NCBI GenBank assembly: GCA_963675745.2
Contig: CAXXWX010000024.1
Location: forward strand, 1 to 64,000
Direction: 5' to 3'
Length of the DNA stretch: 64,000 bases
Source: Phycisphaerae bacterium
GTDB taxonomy: Bacteria > Planctomycetota > Phycisphaerae > UBA1845 > Fen-1342
Under the pieces are notes generated by a model. The model saw only the letters and a list, made by a program, of their open reading frames with translations. It was not told where the DNA came from and made no database searches. This document shows, piece after piece, positions 20,751 to 31,132 of the stretch. Within the stretch, counting starts at the first letter, position 1. Every line of letters starts with the position of its first letter. A program made the position numbers and the translations under genes.

Positions 20751-22241
20751 TCAGCGCCCGTCTGCGGAAAGATCCACGGCGATCTCGGCGAACTGATCCA
20801 GCGCCGCCTGCAAGTCTTCGGCGATCTCGGCGGCGATCTCGGCCGGCGGTGGCAGGTTATCCGAATCCTCCAGGCTCTCATCGCGCAGCCAGAAGATGTC
20901 GAGATTCACCTTGTCACGCTTGATTAGCTCGCCGTACTCGAAGGGCCGCCATCGACCGTCAGGGCTCCGCTTCGGCGTCCACGTCGCCTTGCGCTCGTGA
21001 CGATTGGCCGGCTGGAAGCACTCGACGAACTCGTCCAGGTCCGCGCGACGTAGCGGTTTCGTCTTGAGCGTGAAGCGCATGTTCGTCCGCAGATCGTAGA
21101 TCCAGAGCTTTCTGGTCCACGGCGTTTCGCTGGCCGGCTTGCGGTCGAAGAAAAGCACGTTCGCCTTGACGCCCTGTGCGTAGAAGATTCCCGTGGGCAG
21201 CCGCAGGAGCGTATGTACGTCACATTCGTGCAGCAGCTTACGGCGGACTGTCTCGCCGGCTCCACCCTCGAACAACACGTTGTCGGGCACGACGATCGCG
21301 GCCCGTCCGTTGATCTGAAGCTGCGTCTTGACGTGCTGGAGAAAGTTGAGTTGCTTGTTCTTCGTGGATGCCCAGAAGTCGTCCCGCACCACGACCTGAT
21401 CCTGCTTCTCCGTCTCGCCCTCCTCATTGACTACCGCCATGCTGCTCTTTTTGCCGAACGGCGGATTGGTGAGCACCATTGCGAAGCGCTCGCCCGAGTC
21501 ACCGCGGATCGAATCGACGACCCTGATCGGGCACTCATCCGGGTCGATCCCGTGCAGATACAGATTCATCACGCAGAGGCGGGCCGTATTGTCGACGATC
21601 TCCCAGCCGCGCAGCGCCTCGTGTTTCAGGTGGCGTTTCTGATCCGGGTTCAACCGATGGTGCTTTGAGACGAACTCGTAGGCCGCCAGCAGAAAGCCGC
21701 CGGTGCCGCAGGCTGGGTCGCAGATCGTGTTGCCCGGCTTGGGCTGCATGCAGTCCACAAGCGCCGCGATCAGCGGGCGCGGCGTGAAATACTGGCCGGC
21801 CCCTCCCTTCACGTCCTCGGCGTTCTTCTGGAGCAACCCTTCGTAGGCGTCCCCCTTCACGTCGGCGTCGAGCGTGAGCCAACTCTCCCGGTCGATCAAG
21901 TCCACGATCAGCCGGCGCAGGTTGGCTGGGTCTTGGATTTTGTTCTGCGCCTTGCGGAAGATGATGCCGAGCATCCCCGGCTCTTTGCCAAGGCCTTCGA
22001 GCGTCTTGCGGTACTGCGTTTCGAGCGCGTCGCCGTCGAGCTTCATCAGTTTCGGCCACGAAAACCGCTCGGGGATGCCGCCGGGCTTGCTAAACGGCGG
22101 CTTCGACCGCTCATCGGCCATCTTCAGAAACAGCAGATACGTCAGTTGCTCGACATAGTCGCCATAGCTGAGCCCGTCGTCGCGCAAGACGTTGCAGTAG
22201 TTCCAGAGCTTCTGAACGATCTGCTGGGAGTGGTTGGTCAT
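20751..22241 (-). CDS. hsdM: Type I R-M methyltransferase subunit
   Basis: GQYFTPR, DPACGTGGFL, NPPFG; ATGA overlap with the upstream gene fixes the start at 22241. Confidence 0.95.
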   Translation of the reverse strand: MTNHSQQIVQKLWNYCNVLRDDGLSYGDYVEQLTYLLFLKMADERSKPPFSKPGGIPERFSWPKLMKLDGDALETQYRKTLEGLGKEPGMLGIIFRKAQNKIQDPANLRRLIVDLIDRESWLTLDADVKGDAYEGLLQKNAEDVKGGAGQYFTPRPLIAALVDCMQPKPGNTICDPACGTGGFLLAAYEFVSKHHRLNPDQKRHLKHEALRGWEIVDNTARLCVMNLYLHGIDPDECPIRVVDSIRGDSGERFAMVLTNPPFGKKSSMAVVNEEGETEKQDQVVVRDDFWASTKNKQLNFLQHVKTQLQINGRAAIVVPDNVLFEGGAGETVRRKLLHECDVHTLLRLPTGIFYAQGVKANVLFFDRKPASETPWTRKLWIYDLRTNMRFTLKTKPLRRADLDEFVECFQPANRHERKATWTPKRSPDGRWRPFEYGELIKRDKVNLDIFWLRDESLEDSDNLPPPAEIAAEIAEDLQAALDQFAEIAVDLSADGR

Positions 22242-23554
22242 TTGGATTTGCCCCACAACTGACGCAGGTAAAGCGCACGGGCAGAGCGCTCCCGGCGCCG
22301 CTTCAGTTCATCGATCGATGTCGGCAGGCTCAGGCAGGCTGCGTATTCTTCAAGACTCTGCAGCCGCAAGTCGTTGCGGAGTAAGCAGAGCAGATGAGGG
22401 TCGATGAATGACTTGATCAACTGCGCGATCTGATCGCGATGATCATCCGATCGAGCAGCGTGGACGTATTGATTACGATAGCAGCGAAGGTACTGCAGAA
22501 CGTCACGAGCGAGACCGCCATCCGGGAAAACCCAGGTTGCCCGATGGACGGTGTCCTCATACCTCGCGCCTACCGTGTTCGTTATCGATTCCAGGATGCT
22601 CCACATTTGCAGAAACGCGACGTTTGGGTCCGGTTTGCTTAGTGCTGCGGAATAACGGACGATTAGGCGACGGAGATCTCGGTGATACGGGGATTGCCGA
22701 AGTCTGCGCATTGCCCATCGCCGTTTCTTCTCGATTCCATCCCAGCCACGGCGTGGCTGGAATGGCTCTTGGTGCTCAGCGTAATCGGGCTCATACCAGT
22801 ACAGATCATCGACGGGCTTGCCATCCGCCGTGTGCAATGTGTGGAATGGTCCGACATGTATGACACCGAGGGGCTTGCGCCTCTGAGGGCCAGAGCTTAT
22901 AGACCACGACCCGTATGTTCCAAGAAGATTCCACAGCCCGGACAAGAGGCTCAGCGCTTCAAGGGCGCGATCAGCGGCATCGAAGATACTGCGTCCGGCG
23001 GTTTTGACCCGCACAAGCTGATGCCGGTTCCGGCGCGCCTTACTGTGGTTGCCTTCCCGCGCAAGCTCATATCGAAGGGCATCAGGGACGGGATAGCGAT
23101 CTCTAGAACGGAGTGGCGTCACGCGGCAGGTATCGATCACAATCTGCTTTGCAGGAAACGCCTGGACCGGCAATGATGTAACGAGATAAAAGTCCCTTTG
23201 TCGCTTTCGGAAATAGCTCGCTGCCCCCTTGTCTGCCTCGTGCAATAGAGTTGCCGAATCGATCGCGGACTTGCCGCCGCATCTCTTGATCAGCGCCAGC
23301 ATTGCCGAGCGAACGATCGAATTGGCGTCATGTCCATTGAGTTCCTGCCGGTTCGGATCGAGCACAACGACTGAGCCGAGCACCGCCTGCTGGAACCGCA
23401 GAAACGACATGTCGCCCCACGAGACGCTACCCTCGGTGTTGATGCTCGCGCTTCTTCCGATATCGGCAAGCAGGTCCTTCGGCGCATGCTTGTTGTCCTC
23501 ACCCTTGTAGGCCGCGCCCGTCGGTATGCGCCAAAACACGTAGCGTCTTCCCAT
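22238..23554 (-). CDS. Putative HEPN-domain (ApeA-like) protein inside the hsd operon
   Basis: FLQMWSILE helix followed by RNQYVH (Rx4H); coupled to hsdS and hsdM. Confidence 0.7.
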   Translation of the reverse strand: MGRRYVFWRIPTGAAYKGEDNKHAPKDLLADIGRSASINTEGSVSWGDMSFLRFQQAVLGSVVVLDPNRQELNGHDANSIVRSAMLALIKRCGGKSAIDSATLLHEADKGAASYFRKRQRDFYLVTSLPVQAFPAKQIVIDTCRVTPLRSRDRYPVPDALRYELAREGNHSKARRNRHQLVRVKTAGRSIFDAADRALEALSLLSGLWNLLGTYGSWSISSGPQRRKPLGVIHVGPFHTLHTADGKPVDDLYWYEPDYAEHQEPFQPRRGWDGIEKKRRWAMRRLRQSPYHRDLRRLIVRYSAALSKPDPNVAFLQMWSILESITNTVGARYEDTVHRATWVFPDGGLARDVLQYLRCYRNQYVHAARSDDHRDQIAQLIKSFIDPHLLCLLRNDLRLQSLEEYAACLSLPTSIDELKRRRERSARALYLRQLWGKSK

Positions 23555-25023
23555 TTACTTTCCCCTTCTGCGTCTTGGCGCTCTTCGTTTCGGCTTGCTT
23601 TGTGCCGCCCGCTTCTCACGCTCGGCAGCGATACGGGCGAGTAGGGCGCTTGCGGGTTCATCAGTCGGGTCTTGCTCGACGAGCTTGCCTTCGAAGGCGT
23701 CCTTCAGGATGGACTGACGAAGGCGGTTCGATCTTCGCTGTTGCCGCTTCAGTGTTGCTTCGGCCACGTCCAGCACCGCAAACTGGCGGCCCAATTCTGC
23801 GACTATGGCCTCCTGCTCCATCACTGGCGGCAACGGCAATGGCAGACGCTCGACACGAGTCTTGTTGAGCGCTGGTTGGTTATTGCCGGAGCCGACCCTG
23901 CGCGTATCTTCGTAACGGAATTGCAGCCAGTAGTACACGAACTCAGGCAGCATCTCCGACTGCGAGACCCAGATCGCAGCACAGTTTTGGTTGTTCGCTG
24001 CGTCGATATCCAGAATGCCGGCCTTCCCTCGCGTTCTTCCTTCTCCAATCATGTTCAGGATGACAGACCCTCGGGGATTCAATTGCGTACTCGATCCCGA
24101 TAGCCCGTCCGCCGTTATCAACTCGCGAGTTTGATTTATCCGGCAGAACTGGACCTCACCTGAGGACACCCAGGGGATATCGCCATTCCAGAAACTTGGC
24201 TTCTTGCGACTCGGAGTAGCCCCCACATGAACCGAGAAGCATTGACCGAGGCACGTCCACAGCCATCCACGAGGCAATTCGAACGATGGCACCTCGACCG
24301 GCCCCTCCGGCTCCGTGTATTTCGCCTTCCACTTGTCGTCCTTGGGCGGCTTCCCCTTGGCGGTCATCTTGGCGAGTTCGGCTTCTTCCCAGCGGCGGCG
24401 GCGCTGGCGGAGGATGCGGTCGAGGAGTTTGGGGGCCGGCTCGACATCGGGGTGGGCGGCGCGCCAGTCGGCGGTGAGCGCCCCCGTGCAGGCCGCCTTC
24501 AGCACCGCCGCCTTGTAGCGCTTCAGGTTCGCCTCCACCCGCCGCAGCGCCGCCACGCCCGCATCCAGCCGGGAGAACTGCTTCTCAATCTCGGCCACGA
24601 TGCGCTGCTGCTCGGGACGGGGGGCAACCCGTGCGGTGACCCCATGTAAATCATCCCGACTCAAACTTGTATCGCAGTCGATTGGTCGAATTGCCCGAGG
24701 CGCATGTACCTTAACTGGTGAGCAAAGAACTTCAGGTTCAGTGCCTCTCGGTGATCTGAGAAGAAGACGGTATCAATGGGCCAACTCGGAGTCTCAGACA
24801 AATAGACTGCTCCGACCGATCCCTTTCGGCCAACGACAATTGTCGGATGTTTGACAAGCGGCTCGGAATGGCACCCAACGATGCCGCTTGAGCCATATAC
24901 AGCGATGTCGCCGTCGCTGTTTCGGACGCGCTTCGTCAGCCCCTTCCCGTAAGCGAATGGGAGTACCTTTCCAAGCGGCGCTTCGAGCCAACCTGACGGC
25001 AGTTTGGAGTTGAATGGATTCAT
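23555..25023 (-). CDS. hsdS: Type I R-M specificity subunit, frameshifted near 24670
   Basis: LPSGW TRD1; EQQRIVAEIEKQFSRLDAG; LPRGW TRD2; LRQSILKDAFEGKLVEQDP. One added C restores STAIPSLSRDD. Confidence 0.92.
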
Positions 25024-25157
25024 GCCGCCAGCGCCTCATTCAGTTCATCCAGCAGCCGGTTGAACTCATCGCCGAAGACCTGATAGACCTTGCCGATGCC
25101 ACCCTCCTCGTTGAATGGCGTGTATTCGAAGTCATCCACGGTGATCGTCATGCTCGC
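25020..25157 (-). repeat. Second, diverged copy of the hsdR 3' end (direct repeat of 27028..27165)
   Basis: Encodes ASMTITVDDFEYTPFNEEGGIGKVYQVFGDEFNRLLDELNEALAA*, 40/45 identical to the HsdR C-terminus. Confidence 0.93.
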
Positions 25158-25168
25158 CGTTGCGATGC

Positions 25169-27031
25169 TCACTCCGCGCCCTCCCGCGGGGCAATGTACT
25201 TCTGGTCCGGATGGTTGTGCTCATCGGGATGGAGGTACGCGAGCCGGCCTTCGGTCAGCAGGCGCTTGATGTTCCGCGAGCGCAGGTGATTGGGTGTCTT
25301 GTGGGTCAGTGCGCCGATCTCCGCCAAGCTGAGCGGCCGCCAGGCGCAAAGCCCGATAATCATCCGATCCAGCTCCTGCGGCGTCGAACGCTTGCCAAGC
25401 GTGGCCAACTCCGCGCGCAAGGGTTCGGGCAACTCCGCGCGCAAGGCCTCGAACTCCGCGCGCAAGGGCGGGGACTCCGGGCGCAAGCCGCTTTCGTCCG
25501 GGCGCAAGGGTTTGGCCGTTGTTGGGGCACCCGGCGCCGCCAATAGCCGGACGCCGGGGAGGTAATACGTCGCAGCCCCCTTGCCGCGCTGCTCCAGCAG
25601 GCCGCCGTCCCGCAGACGGCGGAGACGGCCGCTGGCCGTGAGCGTGTCCACATGATTGACCGAGCGGTAGGCGGTGTTGTCGATGGCCCCCAACTCGCGC
25701 AAGACTATCAGGGCGCGCGCGTCGTAGTTGTCCAAATTGCAGTCGCGGAACTGGGACAGCCACTCCCAATCGGCGGGGCTGAGCAGGTGGATGACCAGGA
25801 GCCGGACAGTGAACTCGTCCCGCTCGCGATCAGACTCGAACAGCGGCTGGGTCAGATTCGCCTCCTCCATGGCCTCGCGCATGGCACGGATGCCGGTGCC
25901 CTTGGTCTCCGCGAAGCCGACATCGTGCAGGATGGCGGCGATCTTCGGGCTGCGCGTCTTCGAGCCCGGCTCGCCGAGACGTTCGTCCGGCACGAGGGAG
26001 TAGCCGGGGTTCTTGATTTCGATGCGATTGGCGTAGCGGATGATCTGTACGGGCTGATGCCGTTGATAGCTGCGGTGCATAACGGCGTTGACCATCGCTT
26101 CGCGAATGACCTTCCGCGGAATGAGCGGCACGTCGCGGCGCTGGATGCCATCTTCGGCGAGAGTGAAATCTTTCGGAATGTCGTCCAGGATCTGACTGAT
26201 CAGTTGGGGGATCGTGAGAATCAGCGGACCGAGCTTCTCGATAGACTGGTAGCGCTTGTCCGGATCGGGAACCCATTCGCGCCCCTCGACGCGGATGTAA
26301 TCCACTCGCGTCATGGGCAGGTGTCGGCGCAGGGCGATGGCCTTGCCGAACACAATGAGGCCGGCGATGGTCAGGCACGTGCGGTCACCAACGCGCGTTG
26401 TCGCGCCGAGTGCGTACAGCAGGTCTTCATCAGAGTAGCCGACCAGATCGCTCTCCGTGCCCGTCTCCACGCGCAACCGGCGATACTCCTGCAGTGCGCG
26501 CGGATCGACGTCTTCCAGCGAAGTATCCGGCAGGGCTACCTCGTCGTTCGAGCCTTGGCCGCGGGCTTGGAAGAACATCGCGATGTCATCATCCGTGCAA
26601 ACCTGGTCAGTCGAGCCAACGCGGCGAAACGCACCCTTCGGCAGCCCTTTGCTCTTGATGTAGATCGGTTTGTCGTGTTCTGGAGCCTCGGGAACGTGAA
26701 CCACCATTACGTTCTTGTGGTTGTACTGCTCAACGCGAATATCCGGGCGGATGGGGACGTTGAACACCTCGCGGCATTGCGTCGCCAAATCAGCCTGCAC
26801 CTTGTCTGGTTCTGCAACGCCGACAATCTCGTAGTCGGGGAAGAGCGCATCCTCCTTGCGCGCCGCGCCGAGCAGGATGTAGCCGCCACCACGGTCGGGT
26901 TCGTTCGAGAACGACGAGATCGTTTTGAGCACGCTCTTGCCGACTTCCTCGGCGCGCTTCGCTTCAATCTCCACCGACTCATCCGCGGAGCAGAGCTTCT
27001 GCCAAAGATCGTCGAACGATGGAATGCTCAT
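25169..27031 (-). CDS. AlbA_2/Schlafen-like domain + HATPase_c_4 + C-terminal wHTH protein
   Basis: ESVEIEAKRA...SFSNEPDRGGGYILLG; REAMVNAVMHRSY...IEIKNPG; GTGI. Confidence 0.85.
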   Translation of the reverse strand: MSIPSFDDLWQKLCSADESVEIEAKRAEEVGKSVLKTISSFSNEPDRGGGYILLGAARKEDALFPDYEIVGVAEPDKVQADLATQCREVFNVPIRPDIRVEQYNHKNVMVVHVPEAPEHDKPIYIKSKGLPKGAFRRVGSTDQVCTDDDIAMFFQARGQGSNDEVALPDTSLEDVDPRALQEYRRLRVETGTESDLVGYSDEDLLYALGATTRVGDRTCLTIAGLIVFGKAIALRRHLPMTRVDYIRVEGREWVPDPDKRYQSIEKLGPLILTIPQLISQILDDIPKDFTLAEDGIQRRDVPLIPRKVIREAMVNAVMHRSYQRHQPVQIIRYANRIEIKNPGYSLVPDERLGEPGSKTRSPKIAAILHDVGFAETKGTGIRAMREAMEEANLTQPLFESDRERDEFTVRLLVIHLLSPADWEWLSQFRDCNLDNYDARALIVLRELGAIDNTAYRSVNHVDTLTASGRLRRLRDGGLLEQRGKGAATYYLPGVRLLAAPGAPTTAKPLRPDESGLRPESPPLRAEFEALRAELPEPLRAELATLGKRSTPQELDRMIIGLCAWRPLSLAEIGALTHKTPNHLRSRNIKRLLTEGRLAYLHPDEHNHPDQKYIAPREGAE

Positions 27032-29784
27032 GCCGCCAATGCCTCATTGAGTTCATCAAGCAACCGGTCGATCCTGTCGCCAAACACCTGGTGGACCTTG
27101 CCCAGGCCACCTTCTTCATTAAACGGCGTGTACTCGAAGTCGTCCACGGTGATGGTCATGCTGGCGGCGATATGGTCCTTGATCAGCGTCAGCCAGCGCT
27201 GCTGCTCGGGCGTGAACGTCCGTCCCTGCGTCTCCTGTTCGCGCAACCAGTCAGCAAAGCGCTGTTCGACCACCTCGCCAAAGGGCGTTAGCGTCTGATC
27301 GTGGTCCAGAGCATGGCGGACGAGAGAAACGATGTCGGTCAGTTGCTTGCCGCCGCTGCCTGTGACCTTGGATTTCTCCAGCGTCTCGTAGGCCCGCCAG
27401 AGGCGCTCCGGCGTGAGCCCGAGCGGCGGCTTCTTGATGGCGTCGGCGAGTTCCTTGATTTCCGAGAAGGTCAGCCGGCGGCGATACGGCTGGCTGTAGA
27501 GCACCTGGAGCGCCGTGATTTCGTCGTGGTTGTCTTCGATGAACTTCTCGAAGCTCTCGACCGTCTGCTTGGCCCGGTCCTGGGCCTTGGCGTCGAAGCC
27601 GGCGTCGAGCAACTCATCCTGGCTGACCGTATCGATGGTCTGCTCGAAGGACTGCTTGATTTCGACGATCTTGTTGCGGACCTTCGCCTTGCGAAGTGGC
27701 TTCGTCGCCTCGGTAATCATCTTCGTGGCGGCTTGCTTGATTTGCTCGTCGGCGGGGGCGTCGGTGTTGTGTTCGGACTTGGCACGCTCGACCTGGCGGT
27801 CAACATCGAGTGCGGAGACGAGGCCGCCGACAATCTGCGAGAGGGACTGGCCGCCAGCGGCTTCCTTGATCTCGGCCTGCTGCTCTTTACTCAGGCGGCG
27901 TTCCAGCCGGGCGAGACGACCAGCCAACGACGAGATAACTTCCTCTTCGGTGCCGCCGAAGGCCACGGTCTCCATGAGCTTCTCAAACGAGACGGCTTTC
28001 TTGCGTTCCAGGGGCTGGGTGTCGGACTTGGCGGCTTCGCAAACGCCGACGGCATCGACGATGACGAAGTGGTCCTTGGTGCCGCCGTCGGGCGTGATCG
28101 CCTGAAAATCGGTATCGTTGATGACCCGCACGCCGCGGCCTTTCATCTGTTCGAAAAACGTGCGGCTCTTGACCGAGCGCATAAAGAAGACCACCTCCAG
28201 CGGCTTGATGTCGGTGCCGGTGGCAATCATGTCCACGGTGACGGCGATACGCGGCATGGGTGAGTTGCGGAACTCGGCGATCAGGTCTTCGGGCTTCGCG
28301 CCGGTGGTCTTGTAGGTGATCTTCCGGCAGAACTCGTTGCCCTTGGCGAACTCCTCCCGGACGACCTGCACGATGTCGTCGGCGTGGGAATCACTCTTCG
28401 CAAAGATCAGCGTCTTGGGCACCCACGTCCGCCCCGGGAACAACTCGGTAAACAAGGCGTCTTTATATGCACGGATGACCGTCCGTATCTGGTCAGGCGC
28501 GACGACGTCCCGGTCGAGCTTCCTCTCGTCATAGATCAGGTCTTCGTCGAGCTGCTCAAAGCGTTTGGCGCGGGTCTCACGATCGCGTCTGTCAACGTAG
28601 AAGCCCTTGTCGACCTTCGAGCCTTGCTCGGTGATGCGCGTCTTGATGCGATACACGTCGAAGTTGACGTTGACGCCGTCGGCGACCGCCTGCTCGTGGG
28701 CGTACTCCATCACGAGATTGCGATTGAAATAGCCGATGGTCTGCATCGACGGCGTGGCGGTGAGGCCGATGATGTGGGCGTCGAAGTAGTCGAGCACCTG
28801 CCGCCACAGGTTGTAGATCGAGCGGTGGCACTCGTCGGTAACGATGAAATCGAAGGTCTCGATGGGAATGGCGGGGTTGTACTCGACGGGGATCGGCTCC
28901 TTGGCAAGCAGCGGCCCGGAATCAAAAGTCGAGCCCTCCTCCAGCTCGGGGTCGAGTTCTTCGCCCTTCAGAATCGAGTAGAGCCGCTGGATGGTCGTGA
29001 TGCAGACCCGGCTGACCTTGTCGATCGTGCTGCTCTGGAGATGCTGGACGTTGTACAGCTCGGTGAATTTGCGTCCATCGTCCGGCGTGACGAACTGCTG
29101 GAATTCCTTTAGCGTTTGCCGGCCCAGGTTGCCACGGTCTACGATGAAGACGACCCGGCGGGCGTCGGCGTGGCGGATCAGCCGGTAGACGGAGTTGACC
29201 GCCGTGAAGGTCTTGCCCGAGCCGGTGCTCATCTGAATCAGCGAGCGGGGGCGGTTGTTGGCGAGCGACTCCTCCAGACTGACGATGGCGCGCTGCTGGA
29301 CATCCCACAGGCGGCCGGTGACTAGCGGCGGCATGGTGCGCAGGCGTTCCCTGAGTTGCTCGGTCAATTGCGCCCACTCGATCAGCGTCTCGGGTCGATG
29401 GAAGGTGAAGACCTCACGGCTGCGGGCGTCGGGGTCCAGCCTACTGGTGAAGCGCGTCTCCCGGCCGGTGCTCTCGTATGCGAAAGGCAGCGGGCGGTGA
29501 TAGGCGGGCAGGTTTTCCGGGAGCCCCTGTGTGTACTTGGCCGACTGGATCTCGACGCCCGTGAGCGTCGTGCCCTCGGGTTTGGCCTCGACCACACCGA
29601 TAGCCCTACCGCCAGCGTAGAGCAGATAATCGGCTTCGTCGCCGCCGGTGAGCGGGAACTCACGGATGGCGACACCGAGATTGGCGGTGATGTCAGCTTC
29701 GTCGCGGTCCTGCACCTGCCAGCCGCAGGCTTCAAGCTGCTGATCGATGCTTTTGCGGGCTCGCTCTTCCGGCGTCTTCGCCAT
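27028..29784 (-). CDS. hsdR: Type I R-M restriction subunit (EcoAI/EcoEI-like)
   Basis: ADY...VVEAK nuclease motif, MSTGSGKT, DECHRS, GLTATP, QMKGRG. Confidence 0.95.
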   Translation of the reverse strand: MAKTPEERARKSIDQQLEACGWQVQDRDEADITANLGVAIREFPLTGGDEADYLLYAGGRAIGVVEAKPEGTTLTGVEIQSAKYTQGLPENLPAYHRPLPFAYESTGRETRFTSRLDPDARSREVFTFHRPETLIEWAQLTEQLRERLRTMPPLVTGRLWDVQQRAIVSLEESLANNRPRSLIQMSTGSGKTFTAVNSVYRLIRHADARRVVFIVDRGNLGRQTLKEFQQFVTPDDGRKFTELYNVQHLQSSTIDKVSRVCITTIQRLYSILKGEELDPELEEGSTFDSGPLLAKEPIPVEYNPAIPIETFDFIVTDECHRSIYNLWRQVLDYFDAHIIGLTATPSMQTIGYFNRNLVMEYAHEQAVADGVNVNFDVYRIKTRITEQGSKVDKGFYVDRRDRETRAKRFEQLDEDLIYDERKLDRDVVAPDQIRTVIRAYKDALFTELFPGRTWVPKTLIFAKSDSHADDIVQVVREEFAKGNEFCRKITYKTTGAKPEDLIAEFRNSPMPRIAVTVDMIATGTDIKPLEVVFFMRSVKSRTFFEQMKGRGVRVINDTDFQAITPDGGTKDHFVIVDAVGVCEAAKSDTQPLERKKAVSFEKLMETVAFGGTEEEVISSLAGRLARLERRLSKEQQAEIKEAAGGQSLSQIVGGLVSALDVDRQVERAKSEHNTDAPADEQIKQAATKMITEATKPLRKAKVRNKIVEIKQSFEQTIDTVSQDELLDAGFDAKAQDRAKQTVESFEKFIEDNHDEITALQVLYSQPYRRRLTFSEIKELADAIKKPPLGLTPERLWRAYETLEKSKVTGSGGKQLTDIVSLVRHALDHDQTLTPFGEVVEQRFADWLREQETQGRTFTPEQQRWLTLIKDHIAASMTITVDDFEYTPFNEEGGLGKVHQVFGDRIDRLLDELNEALAA

Positions 29785-30076
29785 AACGCCCCCTTTACAC
29801 GCAACTTAGGGAGTTTCTGCCATTATGCGACCCGAAATCCGGATGGTCCAGCGCGCAGGTGGAATCGACCTCGCGTTTTGGGGCGCGGCCGCCGCGCATG
29901 CGGTGGCGTTATGATACGATCGGTGGCTGATGTGCCGCGTTCCACGCTGCTGAGTGTTCGTTCTTGCTATCGAGAGAGTGAGCACCGGGACCCAGCCAAT
30001 CCCCGGCATGTGTCGTCCGCGGCGCCGCCGATTGATCATCTGGTGGTCGGGCAACGACCGGAATCACGGTGACGCT

Positions 30077-31012
30077 ATGTTGAACCACGCACCCATGCTC
30101 ATACCTGAAGACCGCCGAATCCTCGAGGTGTTGTACGAGCTGGAGTTTGACCCGTTTCCCGGCGATCGTCATTCGCCCGGCCGGCGCGGCCCGATCAGCC
30201 CGGTTCCGCTGTCACTGATTGCAGCCGCGACGCTCCCGCAGGCGCGATACAGCAGGATGCCGCCGACGCTCGCGCGCCTCAGATACCTGGAACGGCTTGG
30301 CCTTGTTCGCGAAAGCGATACACACCGCAATCCAGACGGGGGCATGGTGTATATGCGTGACGGTCGCTTCATTCATACGGATTGTGAGATCGATCAGGAG
30401 CATAACGCGACAACGTACCGCGTGTATGCCGGAAGTCGTGACGAGCTCCAGCAGGCACGGACGCGCAGGGCCGACGAGCTCGTTGGCGATCGGGAAAAGG
30501 TCAGCGATGCAACTTATACCGAGGCATGGAATGATGCGTTATTCGATGTTCTGCCGGAGTTCAGGCGATTCGAGTTTTGCTGCTACGGCGAGCGCGAAGA
30601 GCCAGGTGGTCAAAGTCTCCCAGCGCGCCCGTCTGAATTTTGCAGGGCGTTCTCGTTAACGGAGCAGGGAGCGGCACTCGCGCACGAGCTGTTCCGGGAA
30701 TCTCATGGCTGCGCCGGCAAACCAGCCGCAGATGAGTGGGAGGCGCTGGCCCGGCTTGAGCGCGACATCCCGCCACTCGATCGGGCGAACGATGAATGGA
30801 GAAAGAACGACGATGCCGCTGAGATCGACGGTGTGAAAACGCGCACGTTGGCCAATTACCGAACCAAGGGCGCGGCAACACCTGACGGACGCTTCGGTCG
30901 CGACAAATATGGGCGAATCTGGCGTCGGGAGGGCACGAGGAACTCTCACCCTTGGTACCTCCTCTCAACTCTGAAGAATTCTCGGACAAGATTGCCGCAG
31001 AACCGTCGATAG
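30077..31012 (+). CDS. Hypothetical protein, possible C-terminal HTH
   Basis: Long ORF divergent from hsdR; AAEIDGVKTRTLANYRTKG resembles an HTH. Start uncertain. Confidence 0.6.
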   Translation: MLNHAPMLIPEDRRILEVLYELEFDPFPGDRHSPGRRGPISPVPLSLIAAATLPQARYSRMPPTLARLRYLERLGLVRESDTHRNPDGGMVYMRDGRFIHTDCEIDQEHNATTYRVYAGSRDELQQARTRRADELVGDREKVSDATYTEAWNDALFDVLPEFRRFEFCCYGEREEPGGQSLPARPSEFCRAFSLTEQGAALAHELFRESHGCAGKPAADEWEALARLERDIPPLDRANDEWRKNDDAAEIDGVKTRTLANYRTKGAATPDGRFGRDKYGRIWRREGTRNSHPWYLLSTLKNSRTRLPQNRR

Positions 31013-31052
31013 AACCGTCCATAAAACCGTCGATTCCACGGAATCGACGCTT
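31001..31052 (+). repeat. Three 12-bp-periodic direct repeats plus one inverted copy
   Basis: AACCGTCGAT (31001), AACCGTCCAT (31013), AACCGTCGAT (31025), inverted ATCGACGCTT (31043). Confidence 0.8.
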
Positions 31053-31132
31053 CGACCACGCCCGTTGCCGGGGGAATACTCCAAGTGCCAGGTTGCCGCG
31101 GTGGCAGCCGCTGTCCGCATTGGAGTGACATC

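Noticed and set aside
25652..28263. Long antisense ORFs (25652..27298, 27301..28263; also 2403..3572 and 47124..48338)
   Set aside because: Shadows of well-supported opposite-strand genes in GC-rich DNA; no motifs.
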